IMG/VR virus record: IMGVR_UViG_3300047294_000047
Coordinates: 1 to 40,122 of that record
Length of the DNA: 40,122 bases
Strand: one strand, 5' to 3'
Origin: a virus
Lineage: Duplodnaviria; Caudoviricetes
Shown: one piece after another, positions 19,201 through 27,947 of the stretch
How positions within the stretch are numbered: the stretch's first letter is position 1
Layout: the number at the start of each line of letters is the position of its first letter
The notes under the pieces: generated by a model
Told to the model about the DNA's origin: nothing
Database searches by the model: none
The model's input: only the letters and a program-made list of their open reading frames with translations
Position numbers and translations under genes: made by a program

Positions 19201-21477
19201 CTGGCGGCTGCGGAAGAATTAGAAGCTGAGTTTGGCGGTGACAACGAGTGGACACTCAAGGATGACGCAGGTAATGACATCAAGGTAAGCTTCAAGGCCG
19301 AGGTGTCTAGGACTCGCCAGTCTCCCGATCTAACGGAAGCTGTGAACTTTAACGAGTTTGTCTATGTTCTAAACCGCTTGAACATTAACCTTGCGCCGGA
19401 AGCACGAGAACGTATTGTCACAGTTCTGACAGACCAGAACAGTCGGGCACGGCGCAACCTCCAGCGTTCTGGCACTGAGGGTTGGGATAAAGATGTTGTG
19501 CGTTCCGTGTCGGAGCACCTTGAAACGTCGGCACACGTTGCTGCGAAGAAGTTGTACCGCCACCGTCTGGACGACATCTTGTTAAATAATGCCAACTGGT
19601 TGGGCGACGATCAGAAATTAAAGTCTCTTAAAGCTGCGGTGGACAGCGCCACATCCGATGGAGAACGTGCTCGTGCCAGTCGTGAGTACGATGAGTACGC
19701 CTACATGTACCGGTACATGAAGGCAACGGGTAAAGGCAACACAGTTACGATTGATGGCAAGGAAGTGCCTACGCTGGGGCGCGGTGAAGATTACCGCGAA
19801 GAAGCCAAGCAAGTGCTGCGCTGGTACAGTGAGTCAACCAACATCGCGGACTCAACCGAGGACATGCTGTCAGGTGAAGCTGGTTCCGCGCTCAAGTTAC
19901 TTACAGTGCTGATGCAGTTGGGTGGCTCTGTTGCTACGGCGGTAATTAATCTTGCCTCGTTAGTTACGCACAGTCTGCCGTACCTGTCCTACTACAACTC
20001 GGCACGAGGATTTGGCGGTGGCTATGGCGAGGTCAAAGCTTCTACTGCCTTGTGGAAAGCTGCCAGCGATTTAAAAAATCCTAAACTGTCAGACGCTGCG
20101 TTTCTTAACGACTTGCTGCGCGATGCCAACTATGGTGACTACGGCTTAACTGAAGACGAAACGCAGTTTCTGTTTGCCCAGACTGAGGCTGGCACTTTGC
20201 AAGCTGCGCAGTTCAACGCCCTTGTGGGTACAGCCCGTGGCAAGTTGTTCAACAACAAAGCACAAGCAGCCATTAAACTGTGGATGTCCATGTTCTCGTA
20301 CACCGAGCAAGCCAACCGCCGTGTCACGGCATTGGCTGCGTACCGCTTGGAAAAAGAGCGCCTGCAATCACAGGGTGTGGCAGACGAGCAGCAACTTATT
20401 GCAACAGCTACAGAAGCTGCACGAAACGCAGTCAACATTGCACAGGGCGAGTACGCCATGTTCAACCGCCCAGAGATGGCTCGTGGCAATGTGTTGCAGT
20501 ACATCTTTATGTACAAGCAGTTTGTAATCGTGACTGTGCAGCTAATGAAATCAATGCCAGTCCAAGGACAGGCAATGATGCTAGGTTTCCTGCTGCTGGC
20601 CTCGGGCCTGAAAGGTTTACCGTTTGGTGAGGACATCTTTGACATTGTGGACACCATTGCGCAAAAGCTAGGGCTTAAAACTGCCAGCGTAGAGAAAGCT
20701 ATAGCTGAATGGATTGACTCTGTAGCCCCCGGTGCAACGCCGTTTGTGATGCGGGGTGTGCTTGACCGGATGACTGGTGCCACGATGTCTACCCGTTTGG
20801 GTATGGGCGACCTGATACCACTGACTGGTGCGTTCCGTGCTGGCGCTGACCCTGCGCGTGAAGTCGCCGACTTTGCTGGCCCTGTGTTCAGCGGTATCTC
20901 TGGGCTGGTGGGCATGGCTGGTTCGCTCACTAAGTACGGCGCAGAAGTAACCGGGCTGCGTGACGACACCACATCGTTTAACAGCATCTTGCGTGACTCG
21001 CCCTTTGCTGCGCTGCGATCAATTGGTGACAGCTACGCTTACCTTGACAGCGGCACTATTACCAACGCACGGGGGCAACTTGTAGCGCGTGAAGCATCTA
21101 CTCATGTGATCCTTGCGCGGCTGCTTGGGTTCTACCCTGCCATTGCCACGGAGCAAAACGACATCGTGCGGCTGTCTAAAAACGTCGCCGAATACAGTAA
21201 AGCAATCAAGGCTGAGTACGTATCTGCGTATGTAAAAGCCAAGGTTGCCGGTGATACGGAACGCATGAGTGGGATTGCAAGTGATGTGCGACAGTGGAAC
21301 GAAGATGCCAAGGGCACTGGGCTAGAGATCACTTCGTTCCTGCGATCAGCCAACCGTGCTGCCCTAGAAGCACAACGCCCAACAGTGATGCGCTATCTCA
21401 AGTCCGCGCCAAAGCAGATGCGTCCCGAGACGATTGAATTGCTAAGGCTAAATGGACTTGAAGACGAGGTGCGTTAA
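13252..21477 (+). CDS. Giant (2741 aa) polyvalent ejection protein with MORN repeats, zincin-like motif and PLxRFG-like C-terminal region
   Basis: Single uninterrupted ORF, last in the late arm. MORN-like repeats at about 15601-15790, 'VLAHETLGHFG...EAVEEFLA' at about 17515-17695, 'YVPFSRRG' at about 19066-19089. Confidence 0.8.
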   Translation: MATAGLSFANPMLERMGVGEEPNPYVPYSPTSDIGMGGLAPSAVDMAVMGRALVKQSQFTMPEMRQPPSIAFSPSSKQLFVNGLTFAADDAATALQSESYLRGPGTGLPLGGDWVSLDEQAYGQFLNSIKNPSMGRLASKSFGRGVDSMQMLAGRGLQLAGAEETGQRIVEQQAEDLRKTSPFERQFTDIGSAPNRGVVDWFVANFAQQGPNLIESIATAGVGFLAGTAVGGPAAGATAAFAGLLGKSAFKESIKAAAQKKIAGGVLNAAENKLLREAAGLAGAVAASYAQNLSTGAADIYGELREQGADASDTDARLKALAGSIPYAAFETLPEFLLAARLFGGGGRAALPAGASRTARAGELLKRGAIGFGVGGTAEGLTEAGQEGLLLGISDQDLSSPESVNRLINSFAAGFGVGGPIGAVANLKGQQAANLLNPAQNPEQTPGTGLAVIPSTPPAPPAPTGTAVAPFFTPVTPLGATPPPPSGLGGPSPTTPQLPGPTPPVSPVGGPVIMAGMGPNAADVTRQDILLRQQGNVPPGAAPGSQGVLDIFGGTIPAQELAARMQPQQPLPGLPAPSPAAQPDPRQGALQFSGPTPIAPANTQMANQLQTIQDRVRRQREFEAAQAQQAALIQQQTDELARQSANARDLYTVQQGQTPIPFPSLPMRQTGPTQPQQLPLFTRRQAPVPSRAEGLRRGVGTGLPANQTETPLTSAQRRAQVPLFTQEGKPSVAALKSAGRKERVEAVPDTTSKQAPPTGKPVTPASVEAAKGKALRQRGSGTINFDNGDSYTGQLKNGAPNGQGTYTYADGSVYTGSFKDSVFDGQGRFVDASGTTFEGEFDNGDFLQPEETPSAVQKPSAKGVDVQKSTGTGKGVRGEDQAGGKVAGKGEALKAKTKEQEPAVPTVKKTLKKEAPTPPKAVAAPAAALTETPAETWGAMDTGVAWADLSAELQTRWTNSDRRQTTADTIAEDQRNPQTPEALWEDMKPEGAPAYNDLLPRTRTQWRQDVASNKATIPRAEELASDDSDETRRATAQAPADMLSEAIATAETTSDFAEFRGAIRVVVNYAFFTGEETNTKKFVDQARAFIANTQFADAQMLEMDGAYLDAVQLVPKLEARYRETTKNHQKDELKPWFAYAISRNLLPSITAKITNLPAVYKTQQSPVSGKIATSKPVETSAEKITTAPQALLGVLIDDLVTQARSVTNLNQQVKIAGIDYASIVEAAKALYAAVDAQGRKYIVRGYPLSDYFTDKGEPKMLKSGGRFLITNKAMTTAEQRKLEQEQKAAAKSLAEETKAKFLEDTDLDARLGGGSMDVENNWDSPDGMFYRDDGTAAASTMPVGRIRLLVNSFLSKLRIKPNTFIYANVADLKARNPSLFARAAAARKQGDFETTNAVGYSFGPNVIIFTDFVRTEQQLKFVLAHETLGHFGFKGVIPKAQLDAILNRIYDIDPTVQAGVDAMLAANEGMSKLEAVEEFLADNAADLDTSIIARIWNVLKNFLNKLGFEFRDDEARYFVNQARKYVRRGDTGNFVSASAIAADMQQLDQDRNDGRYARYAAGDLASKAFAMGGLNKPYSAAGGLMGAAEAFYKNVFGQRRNVAGTTAILLEQLQTLDNKARRSYGLNQLYRILEKQQTYARSLLSGYQRMTAFTHSADFEFFGGKEGASEKDKAQAGELLSRAALLRSQQATDELIKKYPSLVIIDSMGNVRVDPAVRQELEKAGFVTAEEFRKGFDITYSDGGKVRFQFDVDETSPAWKVYLELRETVNEAAVDLMMANYEAAQSEGKRVISDLNAKRRGTNVFTQDDLAAIRRAAAMYQNMRYEGSDVVSAGVEIKKKAAKESEEFVIAFGRALFNDDVYAVWMKDPSAKPEIAKDLAEFQKAEYDDLRAALPSLREKVKTDSQSFVVQKAIRDLFLFDLQSKNADYYAKRTILGSYVPFSRRGSQQVKLVAVDSKGNPVTLDENVRSTLPYFQFNSRDEALAAAEELEAEFGGDNEWTLKDDAGNDIKVSFKAEVSRTRQSPDLTEAVNFNEFVYVLNRLNINLAPEARERIVTVLTDQNSRARRNLQRSGTEGWDKDVVRSVSEHLETSAHVAAKKLYRHRLDDILLNNANWLGDDQKLKSLKAAVDSATSDGERARASREYDEYAYMYRYMKATGKGNTVTIDGKEVPTLGRGEDYREEAKQVLRWYSESTNIADSTEDMLSGEAGSALKLLTVLMQLGGSVATAVINLASLVTHSLPYLSYYNSARGFGGGYGEVKASTALWKAASDLKNPKLSDAAFLNDLLRDANYGDYGLTEDETQFLFAQTEAGTLQAAQFNALVGTARGKLFNNKAQAAIKLWMSMFSYTEQANRRVTALAAYRLEKERLQSQGVADEQQLIATATEAARNAVNIAQGEYAMFNRPEMARGNVLQYIFMYKQFVIVTVQLMKSMPVQGQAMMLGFLLLASGLKGLPFGEDIFDIVDTIAQKLGLKTASVEKAIAEWIDSVAPGATPFVMRGVLDRMTGATMSTRLGMGDLIPLTGAFRAGADPAREVADFAGPVFSGISGLVGMAGSLTKYGAEVTGLRDDTTSFNSILRDSPFAALRSIGDSYAYLDSGTITNARGQLVAREASTHVILARLLGFYPAIATEQNDIVRLSKNVAEYSKAIKAEYVSAYVKAKVAGDTERMSGIASDVRQWNEDAKGTGLEITSFLRSANRAALEAQRPTVMRYLKSAPKQMRPETIELLRLNGLEDEVR
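15812..15973 (+). CDS. Nested out-of-frame small basic protein (53 aa, MPFKSQAQRAWMY...)
   Basis: GAGGAG (15799-15804) lies 7 nt before the GTG. The Lys/Pro-rich product resembles 'MPFKSxAQRxxM' small phage proteins. It is in the +1 frame relative to the giant gene. Confidence 0.65.
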   Translation: MPFKSQAQRAWMYKNQPELAKEFEAKTKPGAKLPEKAKPSKPKPKSKNPLYRL

Positions 21478-24317
21478 ACAGCTTTGAGTTGACCGTAGGC
21501 CAAGTCCTCAATGGCTTGGTCTGCGTCGCTCAAGATGCCCTGCAACCGTGGGTGTGCAAGGTTCACGCCGATCACGTAAGACTGGCCCAGTTTAATCGGG
21601 GAGTCCTTGCCCAGATACGCCTTCTGCGACTTGGGTGTGGCGACTATGTTCTCTACCTGTAATTCAGCCATGAACGTCTTGTAGTCTGCGCCACGGTTCG
21701 CCAGCCAGCGCCGGAAGTGAGTGCGATCCAGCAGCACAACACCATGTGAAAGTACATCGCCGTTTGTTTTGCGGTGCATCTCAAAGCGTACCCGCAGTTC
21801 ACCACGGGGGATGCGGCTGAAGTCCACCGTTGGCTTGTTAGTTCCCGTCTGGGTAACTGTCAGCGTTGCATCTGAATTCTCGTTGAGGTATTCGGTCAGC
21901 AAGTCAAACGAGTCAGTCTTGAACTCAGATACAGCACGGCGTATCGCGCCCACTTGCGACAACACCCACTCAATCCCATCGGCAGGGTCGAAAGCAAGCA
22001 GACCCCAGTCACGCGCCAACCGTGCGGACAAATCAGCAAGGATGATGGCTTGTTCCCAGTAGCGCTCTTCGCCGGAGAACTGCGCGTTGTACTTCTTGTG
22101 AAAGTCCGCAGTGGCTTGCGCAATGGCGGCACGTACACCTGTCTCACCAAGTTCCAATAACTTTGTGATAAACGCACGACCCGCATGGCCGTAGTTAGCG
22201 GTAATGAACTCGTAGACCTTCCGCCCCGCTGTACTGTCACGGGTAAACAACTTGCTAGATGACACACTGACTTCGAGGATACGGGCCAACTGCGCATCAG
22301 TGTCTAGCCCGGATGCGATCAGCTTAGAATTCATAGACTTGTTGGTAGATACAACAACGGGCATTGCCCATATCTTAGAGTCCCGCTCTTCGGCGTTGCG
22401 GTTCATCCGCGCTTTGTCCCGCCCTTGACTTACCCAGTAAGCAAAGTCACCCACCTCTTTGTTGTCCATCATGGTTACTTCGTCAATGGTCATCGGCATG
22501 TGAGCGTACATACCCATGCGACCGAACAAAGTGTTCTGTGTGAACTTGGCGGCAAAGTGCAGCTTGTCAGGGTTGCCGTAGATAGATTGAATCCATAGCT
22601 GAGCTAGCGACTTGCCGCCACCAGTTGGGCCGTAGAGCGAAATAGTCAGACCCTTGAGGCCAGTGAACGCATACAGCGGGCCGGACAAACCCACAGCAAG
22701 CGCAAACATGTGGGCACGTAAGTCAGCTTTGGGGAGCAGCGAGGTAAAATCTACCCATGCTTGGAGAGTGCCAGCCGTACCCCATAGTTCGTGGCCCAAT
22801 CGGGTTGACCCCGCTGAGAGACTAATAGATTCCTCGCTGACGGAACCATCAGCATTGCGCCGCAGAATTGTGTCGCCGATAACAAACTTACTGTAGTTTT
22901 CTTTCCACCCCATCGTGGAGTACAGGTTTGTCATTGCGCGTTTCTGCCGCAACTCGTCCATGTATGAGCGCAGCATAAGTTGGAAATACTCCGTTTGACG
23001 TTTGCCATTAAGCACGATCCCTTGGTCTGCCAGAATCGTGGGAAACTCGCGGTGTCCGTCGGTAAGATGGGCTTGCCGCATCACAAGTTCTTGCCACCCG
23101 ATATGCGGACGGTTCCAGTGATACCGAACTGTCTCGTAGCCTAGACCCTCGTCCTTACCATACGACACAGGATAGATGTCGAACTTGCATACGTCGATGT
23201 CCGTCTCGTCGATGGTCATCTTGATACCATCAGTGGTGCGTTTGAACGGGCGCGGCACAGGGATGTCGGTAGCCGCAGAACTTGGGGCAGTGGAGGATGG
23301 TGCGATCTCAAGGTACTGGATACCGAGTCGGGCTGGTGTGCCCACCTTGTCTTTGAACTTGCAGCCCTTGCACCCACCGGGGCGTAGTTCCTCAAACTTC
23401 TTGCATGTTGACGGGCCTGTCGTTGCCGTTTTCCAATGTGATAGTTTGCGCAGCGTTTCGTTGGCGTTGTATTCGGGGTGCTGGTCTGACCACGCAATAG
23501 CAACCGCATCGGGATCATTGCAGTGTGCAGCCACACCTATCAGGGCGTACCACAAGGGTTCCTCAACGTCACCCTGATTCTTCACAGCCCAGTCAATCTG
23601 TTGACACTTGGTTACGATAACGGCGGCATTGGCTGGGGGAAACTCCTGCTGCACCTGCAACGATTGCGCCAACCCGCTGCTAGGTGTTGAACGTGGTAGG
23701 CTCACCGGGTGAGCCACCATGTACGCGGACAAGCAAGCCGCTATCTGCTCGACTGCCACAGGTTGCGCGTCTACAAGCATCCGCACCTTAGTGCCGCTCT
23801 TGGGGTTGGTAGTGCCCACGGGGCGCAATACTCGGGCACTGTCCGCAGGTACAGCCGGGTCAATCTCGAAGCCCTTGTCTTTAGCCGCCGCCTTCATAGC
23901 TTCAGCCAGTGGCTTCCAGCGCGCAGACTCAAGTTCTTCAGTCAACACCCAATACACATGCAGACCATTACCGGAGTGAATGATCAGGGGTTTGGGTAAG
24001 CCCATCTGCTGGACGAACTTGCCAGTTGCAGCCAGCCCTTCTTTCCACGTAGGGAAGGGCTTGTCCGCGCCGCAGTCCACGTCCAGAGCGATTACCTTGG
24101 TTGCTCGGACGTTCTCTTGTTTTCTACTCCCCTTCTCAGCAAACGCTGAGATGGCAAAGTATGTGTTGTTACCACGCTGGTCTAAACTGACCACCGCTTT
24201 TGCGAGTTCGTCTACTGTGGCAAAGAATCCTTGGCGTCTACCATCTGGATTGATGACGGTTGTGACATAGAAACCTGCTGACGGTAGAACCCGCTGAAGA
24301 AAATTCAACGTGTCCAT
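21474..24317 (-). CDS. Primase-helicase (AEP/RepB-like primase, Cys cluster, DUF927, P-loop helicase)
   Basis: DVD and SGNGLHVYW primase motifs, C..F...CKGC cluster, MGW of DUF927, Walker A GPTGGGKS, Walker B TIDE. Confidence 0.88.
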   Translation of the reverse strand: MDTLNFLQRVLPSAGFYVTTVINPDGRRQGFFATVDELAKAVVSLDQRGNNTYFAISAFAEKGSRKQENVRATKVIALDVDCGADKPFPTWKEGLAATGKFVQQMGLPKPLIIHSGNGLHVYWVLTEELESARWKPLAEAMKAAAKDKGFEIDPAVPADSARVLRPVGTTNPKSGTKVRMLVDAQPVAVEQIAACLSAYMVAHPVSLPRSTPSSGLAQSLQVQQEFPPANAAVIVTKCQQIDWAVKNQGDVEEPLWYALIGVAAHCNDPDAVAIAWSDQHPEYNANETLRKLSHWKTATTGPSTCKKFEELRPGGCKGCKFKDKVGTPARLGIQYLEIAPSSTAPSSAATDIPVPRPFKRTTDGIKMTIDETDIDVCKFDIYPVSYGKDEGLGYETVRYHWNRPHIGWQELVMRQAHLTDGHREFPTILADQGIVLNGKRQTEYFQLMLRSYMDELRQKRAMTNLYSTMGWKENYSKFVIGDTILRRNADGSVSEESISLSAGSTRLGHELWGTAGTLQAWVDFTSLLPKADLRAHMFALAVGLSGPLYAFTGLKGLTISLYGPTGGGKSLAQLWIQSIYGNPDKLHFAAKFTQNTLFGRMGMYAHMPMTIDEVTMMDNKEVGDFAYWVSQGRDKARMNRNAEERDSKIWAMPVVVSTNKSMNSKLIASGLDTDAQLARILEVSVSSSKLFTRDSTAGRKVYEFITANYGHAGRAFITKLLELGETGVRAAIAQATADFHKKYNAQFSGEERYWEQAIILADLSARLARDWGLLAFDPADGIEWVLSQVGAIRRAVSEFKTDSFDLLTEYLNENSDATLTVTQTGTNKPTVDFSRIPRGELRVRFEMHRKTNGDVLSHGVVLLDRTHFRRWLANRGADYKTFMAELQVENIVATPKSQKAYLGKDSPIKLGQSYVIGVNLAHPRLQGILSDADQAIEDLAYGQLKAV

Positions 24318-24331
24318 TGTGCCCCTGCTGG

Positions 24332-24355
24332 AACAGGGGGATCACTCCCCCTGTT
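24332..24355 (-). promoter_or_regulatory. Perfect 10-bp stem-loop between the HTH gene stop and the primase start
   Basis: AACAGGGGGA-GTGA-TCCCCCTGTT on the - strand, GNRA loop, no U-tract. Confidence 0.65.
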
Positions 24356-24358
24356 ACC

Positions 24359-24646
24359 TTAGCTATTTGAATTCAAAATTTCGACGAGGCGCTCTTTACG
24401 CTGCTTTGGTTCTGACGCAATCACTTCAGGCATGGGCCATCCGTGTTCAGTCATCACCGCCAGCAAGCGTTTAAGCATAGCCCGCACACTCCCATCGTTG
24501 GACGGACGAAGAGGCTTGCCCTTCACCCACCCATAATAAGTCATGCGGGACACCCCTAGCAACTCGGACATGTCCGTAGTTGTCAAGAGCATATGCTTAC
24601 GAAGCGCCTCAACTTTAGTAAAGTCGAGGGGCGGTTTAGGCGTCAT
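24359..24646 (-). CDS. XRE/Cro-like HTH DNA-binding protein
   Basis: 'LRKHMLLTTTDMSELLGVSRMTYYGWVKG' helix-turn-helix. Start at MTPKPP, overlapping the upstream gene end. Confidence 0.8.
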   Translation of the reverse strand: MTPKPPLDFTKVEALRKHMLLTTTDMSELLGVSRMTYYGWVKGKPLRPSNDGSVRAMLKRLLAVMTEHGWPMPEVIASEPKQRKERLVEILNSNS

Positions 24647-25607
24647 CTGCGTCCACCTCACCGACAAGAGCAGCAATCTCGTCAGCTAAAGATGTTGCAG
24701 CTTCTGCGGCTGGGGCTTTTGCCGGGGCCGCTTTGACCGCCGGAGCGGCTTTGGATGCGCCGAAACCACGCTTTGGAGCAGCAGCCTGTGCGGGTGCAGG
24801 GGCGGGTGCAGGTTCCTCAACTGGTGCTGCTTTGATAGCGGGTTTTGGCGCAACTGGTGCAGGGGCTGACGCTTTGGCGATTCGCGGCACAGCCACTGGC
24901 GTTCTAAGGGTTTCCCCTGTAATCTCTTTAACCGGTTCAGAGCCGAACAGAGTGTCCACAACTTCTTGTGCGTCAGCGTCAAGGAACCCACCGAAGGTGA
25001 ACTTCAGTTTAGGAAACGACGCATCAGTGTCAAAAGACACGCGGGTCTTAACGATCTCGGGGGGGATGCCACGCACGGACAGTTCCTTTTGGTACTGGTT
25101 CAAGCCCTTGAGTGCGGCGGGTGTAACCAACAGCAGATAGATTGGGCCGCTTGTGTCATCAGCGGAGACAACAGCCAGACGTTTGTTGTCCGAACAGGCT
25201 TTGATCTGCTGACCAGCGTCAGTCACCTTGGAACCCCATGCGTTCTGTGGGCAAGCCGCACACAAATCGTTCTGTGGGTCAGTCGATTCTTGATCGGGGC
25301 CGATACCATCCAGCGAGTAGCAGTCAGGTGCTGTAGGTTCTGCGTCTTTTGTCCACGCCTTGGCATACCAAGTTTTGGACAGGCGAGGGTTAGCACCAAC
25401 GATCACTACATCGAGGTTAGTGGAATCCAACACAGTCTCGGTATCGCCCTCGACAATGCGAAAGCGGCTACCCTTGATGGAAATCTTGGGGAATGAGTTG
25501 CCAGATGACAAGCCGCCAGTCAGGGCTGCGCCCAGTACGGATGAAACACCTATGCGATTTGCGAGGTGGGATGGGACTTGGATATTAGCGGGGACGATAT
25601 TGCTCAT
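24636..25607 (-). CDS. Putative single-stranded DNA-binding protein
   Basis: 'PDCYSLDG', 'CAACPQNAWGS', 'KACS' motifs. Ala/Pro/Lys linker and acidic tail. Replication context. Confidence 0.6.
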   Translation of the reverse strand: MSNIVPANIQVPSHLANRIGVSSVLGAALTGGLSSGNSFPKISIKGSRFRIVEGDTETVLDSTNLDVVIVGANPRLSKTWYAKAWTKDAEPTAPDCYSLDGIGPDQESTDPQNDLCAACPQNAWGSKVTDAGQQIKACSDNKRLAVVSADDTSGPIYLLLVTPAALKGLNQYQKELSVRGIPPEIVKTRVSFDTDASFPKLKFTFGGFLDADAQEVVDTLFGSEPVKEITGETLRTPVAVPRIAKASAPAPVAPKPAIKAAPVEEPAPAPAPAQAAAPKRGFGASKAAPAVKAAPAKAPAAEAATSLADEIAALVGEVDADDA

Positions 25608-25638
25608 AGATATTCTCCTTTAGTGAGCGGGTTAAAAT

Positions 25639-26085
25639 TTAATCTTCTGCCTTGGCACCGGGTTTGCGAATGTTTACCTCCAGCTTGGTGCCATATGTGA
25701 TGCCGGGGGGAACAGCTTTTGTAGACTCGATGTAGCCACGCACAGCAATCTTGCTCACGCGCTTCTCAAGCATGTCGTATGCCTCGTTGTCACGGATGAA
25801 GTTAAGCACTGCATCCCAGTCAGCCACGTTGGCGTAATCGGTTGTGGTCAAGAACGCAGTGCCAAACTCGGACTTGAACGATGTCACGCCCTGTGCATCT
25901 GCTTGTGTCTTGATCCATGCTTCCAACTTTTCCATCTTGGCTTTAAGCCCAGAGATACGTTCCTTGACCTCGCCCTCGATGGCGGCTTTCTGATCTCGTA
26001 ATTTCATGTAGGTGCGGATCACATCACCTACATTAGGGACACCAATTCTTTGGCGCGTGTCCGACACCAATTCTTCCTCAGTCAT
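25639..26085 (-). CDS. Conserved phage replication-module protein
   Basis: Coiled coil plus 'GTAF...VADWDA' motif, between the helicase and the SSB-like gene. Confidence 0.6.
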   Translation of the reverse strand: MTEEELVSDTRQRIGVPNVGDVIRTYMKLRDQKAAIEGEVKERISGLKAKMEKLEAWIKTQADAQGVTSFKSEFGTAFLTTTDYANVADWDAVLNFIRDNEAYDMLEKRVSKIAVRGYIESTKAVPPGITYGTKLEVNIRKPGAKAED

Positions 26086-26089
26086 GTCA

Positions 26090-27643
26090 TCACCTTTGTG
26101 TTTGTTGTTGAATCAAATCCAGCAGCAAGCCTTGCAGCTTCTGCTTGTTCCTAAGTCTCTCGTACATCTTGTGCTCAAGGTCTGTCGCCTCGATGTGGAT
26201 GACGTTCGATACGTTCCTCTTGCCGATACGTTCGATGCGGCCGTTGGCCTGTACGTATGTTTCGTTGCTGTTGATCGGGCCATACCAGATGATTGTTGAA
26301 GCTGAAGTCAGCGTCAGTCCATGTGCCATAGTCCCCGGATGCGCAATCAAAACATGCGGACTTTTCTGATGTTGAAAGTCGTGGAATATCTTGTTACGTT
26401 GAGTGCTTGACACCTCGCCGTTGACAACTGCTACGTCCCAGTGCTTGCTCAGTTCTTTCTCCAACATGTGCAGTGTCCCTGTCAGCGGTACAAACAGGAT
26501 CACCTTCTCGCCAGCTTCTTCAATAACCTCCTTGACTAAGTTGATACGTGGTGAACAGTCAAGCAGGATGTTCTGCCCGTCATCGCCATACGCCACGCCG
26601 CAAGCGATCTGCACAAGTTTCTGAATCTTCACTGCCTCGTTGACTGCCGTGATGGTTCCCTCAGATGCAGCCTCTGTGACGAAGTGCTTTAGCATCTGGG
26701 TGTAATGTTTCTTTTGCTCGGCGGTCAAGTCAACTTGTCGGGTCTGGATAATTGTCTCGGGCAAGTCGAAGCATTCGTCCCGTGTGTAACGCACAGCAGG
26801 TTGCAGGATGTGTTTCACAATCTCAACAGACTCGGGGCGGGGCACAAACTTCCACTGCCCGATCTTCATCATCACCTGTTCGCGGAAAGCCGTGTATGTC
26901 TTTGTGCAGAACGGCGAACCCACCAGCTTGGCAAGTGCCCACGCATCAGTCGGGTCGTTCGGTGTCGGTGTGCCAGTCATCAACCACAGGCGTGTTGCAA
27001 TGTTGTTGGTTGCCCACTTGCGAAAAATCTTGAACCGCTGTGTCGATGGGTTGCGCAGCACAGCCGCCTCGTCCACGATTACCAAGTCAAACATGCCGTG
27101 ACACTTGTCCTTGATGATGGCAAACCCGTCATGGTTAATGATGTAGAAGTCAGCCTCGGTACGTAGCAGCTTCAGGCGTTTCTCTGCCGTGCCATGCAGC
27201 ACAACAAACTTGCGATGCACAAAGCCGGTGAAGATAGCGTCAGCCCACACGCGCTCCAACGTACTGAGCGGAGACAGGATAAGCACCTTCTTGACATTCT
27301 TGGTCTTGATAAGGTAGTCTGCCGCCCACAAAGCTGACTGCGTTTTGCCAGTGCCGATCTCGTTGAGCACCAGCCCGCTGTGATTGAGCGTCAGGAACGC
27401 AGCAGTTTCTTTCTGGTGGTCGAACGGCGTGAACTGCCCGGGCCAGTTGTAGTAATGCAGGATGGGACTGGGGGCTTTGATGCCAAGGTTGCGCAACACC
27501 TTCACCTCGTCAATGCGGTGCGGCGCGATCACAATGTCCATGCCATGCACGTTGAGCATCTTGGCGGTAAAGATGCTGTCAAGTACCCGGTTCGGATTGT
27601 TCAATTTCAAAGCCAATGCCTTGGCCTTTTCAACTACCAGCAT
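26090..27643 (-). CDS. SNF2-family (SF2) helicase
   Basis: GTGKT, DEA, MTGTPTPN, HGLTLT and QANGRIERIG motifs. Confidence 0.92.
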   Translation of the reverse strand: MLVVEKAKALALKLNNPNRVLDSIFTAKMLNVHGMDIVIAPHRIDEVKVLRNLGIKAPSPILHYYNWPGQFTPFDHQKETAAFLTLNHSGLVLNEIGTGKTQSALWAADYLIKTKNVKKVLILSPLSTLERVWADAIFTGFVHRKFVVLHGTAEKRLKLLRTEADFYIINHDGFAIIKDKCHGMFDLVIVDEAAVLRNPSTQRFKIFRKWATNNIATRLWLMTGTPTPNDPTDAWALAKLVGSPFCTKTYTAFREQVMMKIGQWKFVPRPESVEIVKHILQPAVRYTRDECFDLPETIIQTRQVDLTAEQKKHYTQMLKHFVTEAASEGTITAVNEAVKIQKLVQIACGVAYGDDGQNILLDCSPRINLVKEVIEEAGEKVILFVPLTGTLHMLEKELSKHWDVAVVNGEVSSTQRNKIFHDFQHQKSPHVLIAHPGTMAHGLTLTSASTIIWYGPINSNETYVQANGRIERIGKRNVSNVIHIEATDLEHKMYERLRNKQKLQGLLLDLIQQQTQR

Positions 27644-27647
27644 GTTG

Positions 27648-27947
27648 TCACCTTCTGTTTACGATGATCGCTTCAAGCGCCATCATTGTTATTTCATCCC
27701 GCACTACCAACCAAGTTCCACCCGCTTTCTCAATCTCTGCGCCACAGATTTTCTGTAACTCAGTTGGCTTCCCCTTGGCAGACTTCACTTCAATACCGAT
27801 GAACTCCCCGTTGACAATGGCGATGATGTCCGGTATCCCTGACTTCCCAAACCCGTTGTTAGCGGGGAAGAAGTACCACACGTTCATTGCCTTCAACAGC
27901 TTCACCACCTTGGCTTTTACTTTACCCTCGGGTGTCATAGCACTCAT
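27648..27947 (-). CDS. VRR-NUC nuclease
   Basis: 'MTPEGKVK', 'GIPDII', 'IEVKS..GKPTELQ' motifs. Confidence 0.88.
   Translation of the reverse strand: MSAMTPEGKVKAKVVKLLKAMNVWYFFPANNGFGKSGIPDIIAIVNGEFIGIEVKSAKGKPTELQKICGAEIEKAGGTWLVVRDEITMMALEAIIVNRR

Noticed and set aside
13601-21353. Other long antisense or off-frame ORFs within the giant gene (e.g. 20139-20987, 14886-15611, 14717-15349)
   Set aside because: They show no recognisable motifs and look like shadow ORFs of GC-rich coding sequence, unlike the nested ORF at 15812.
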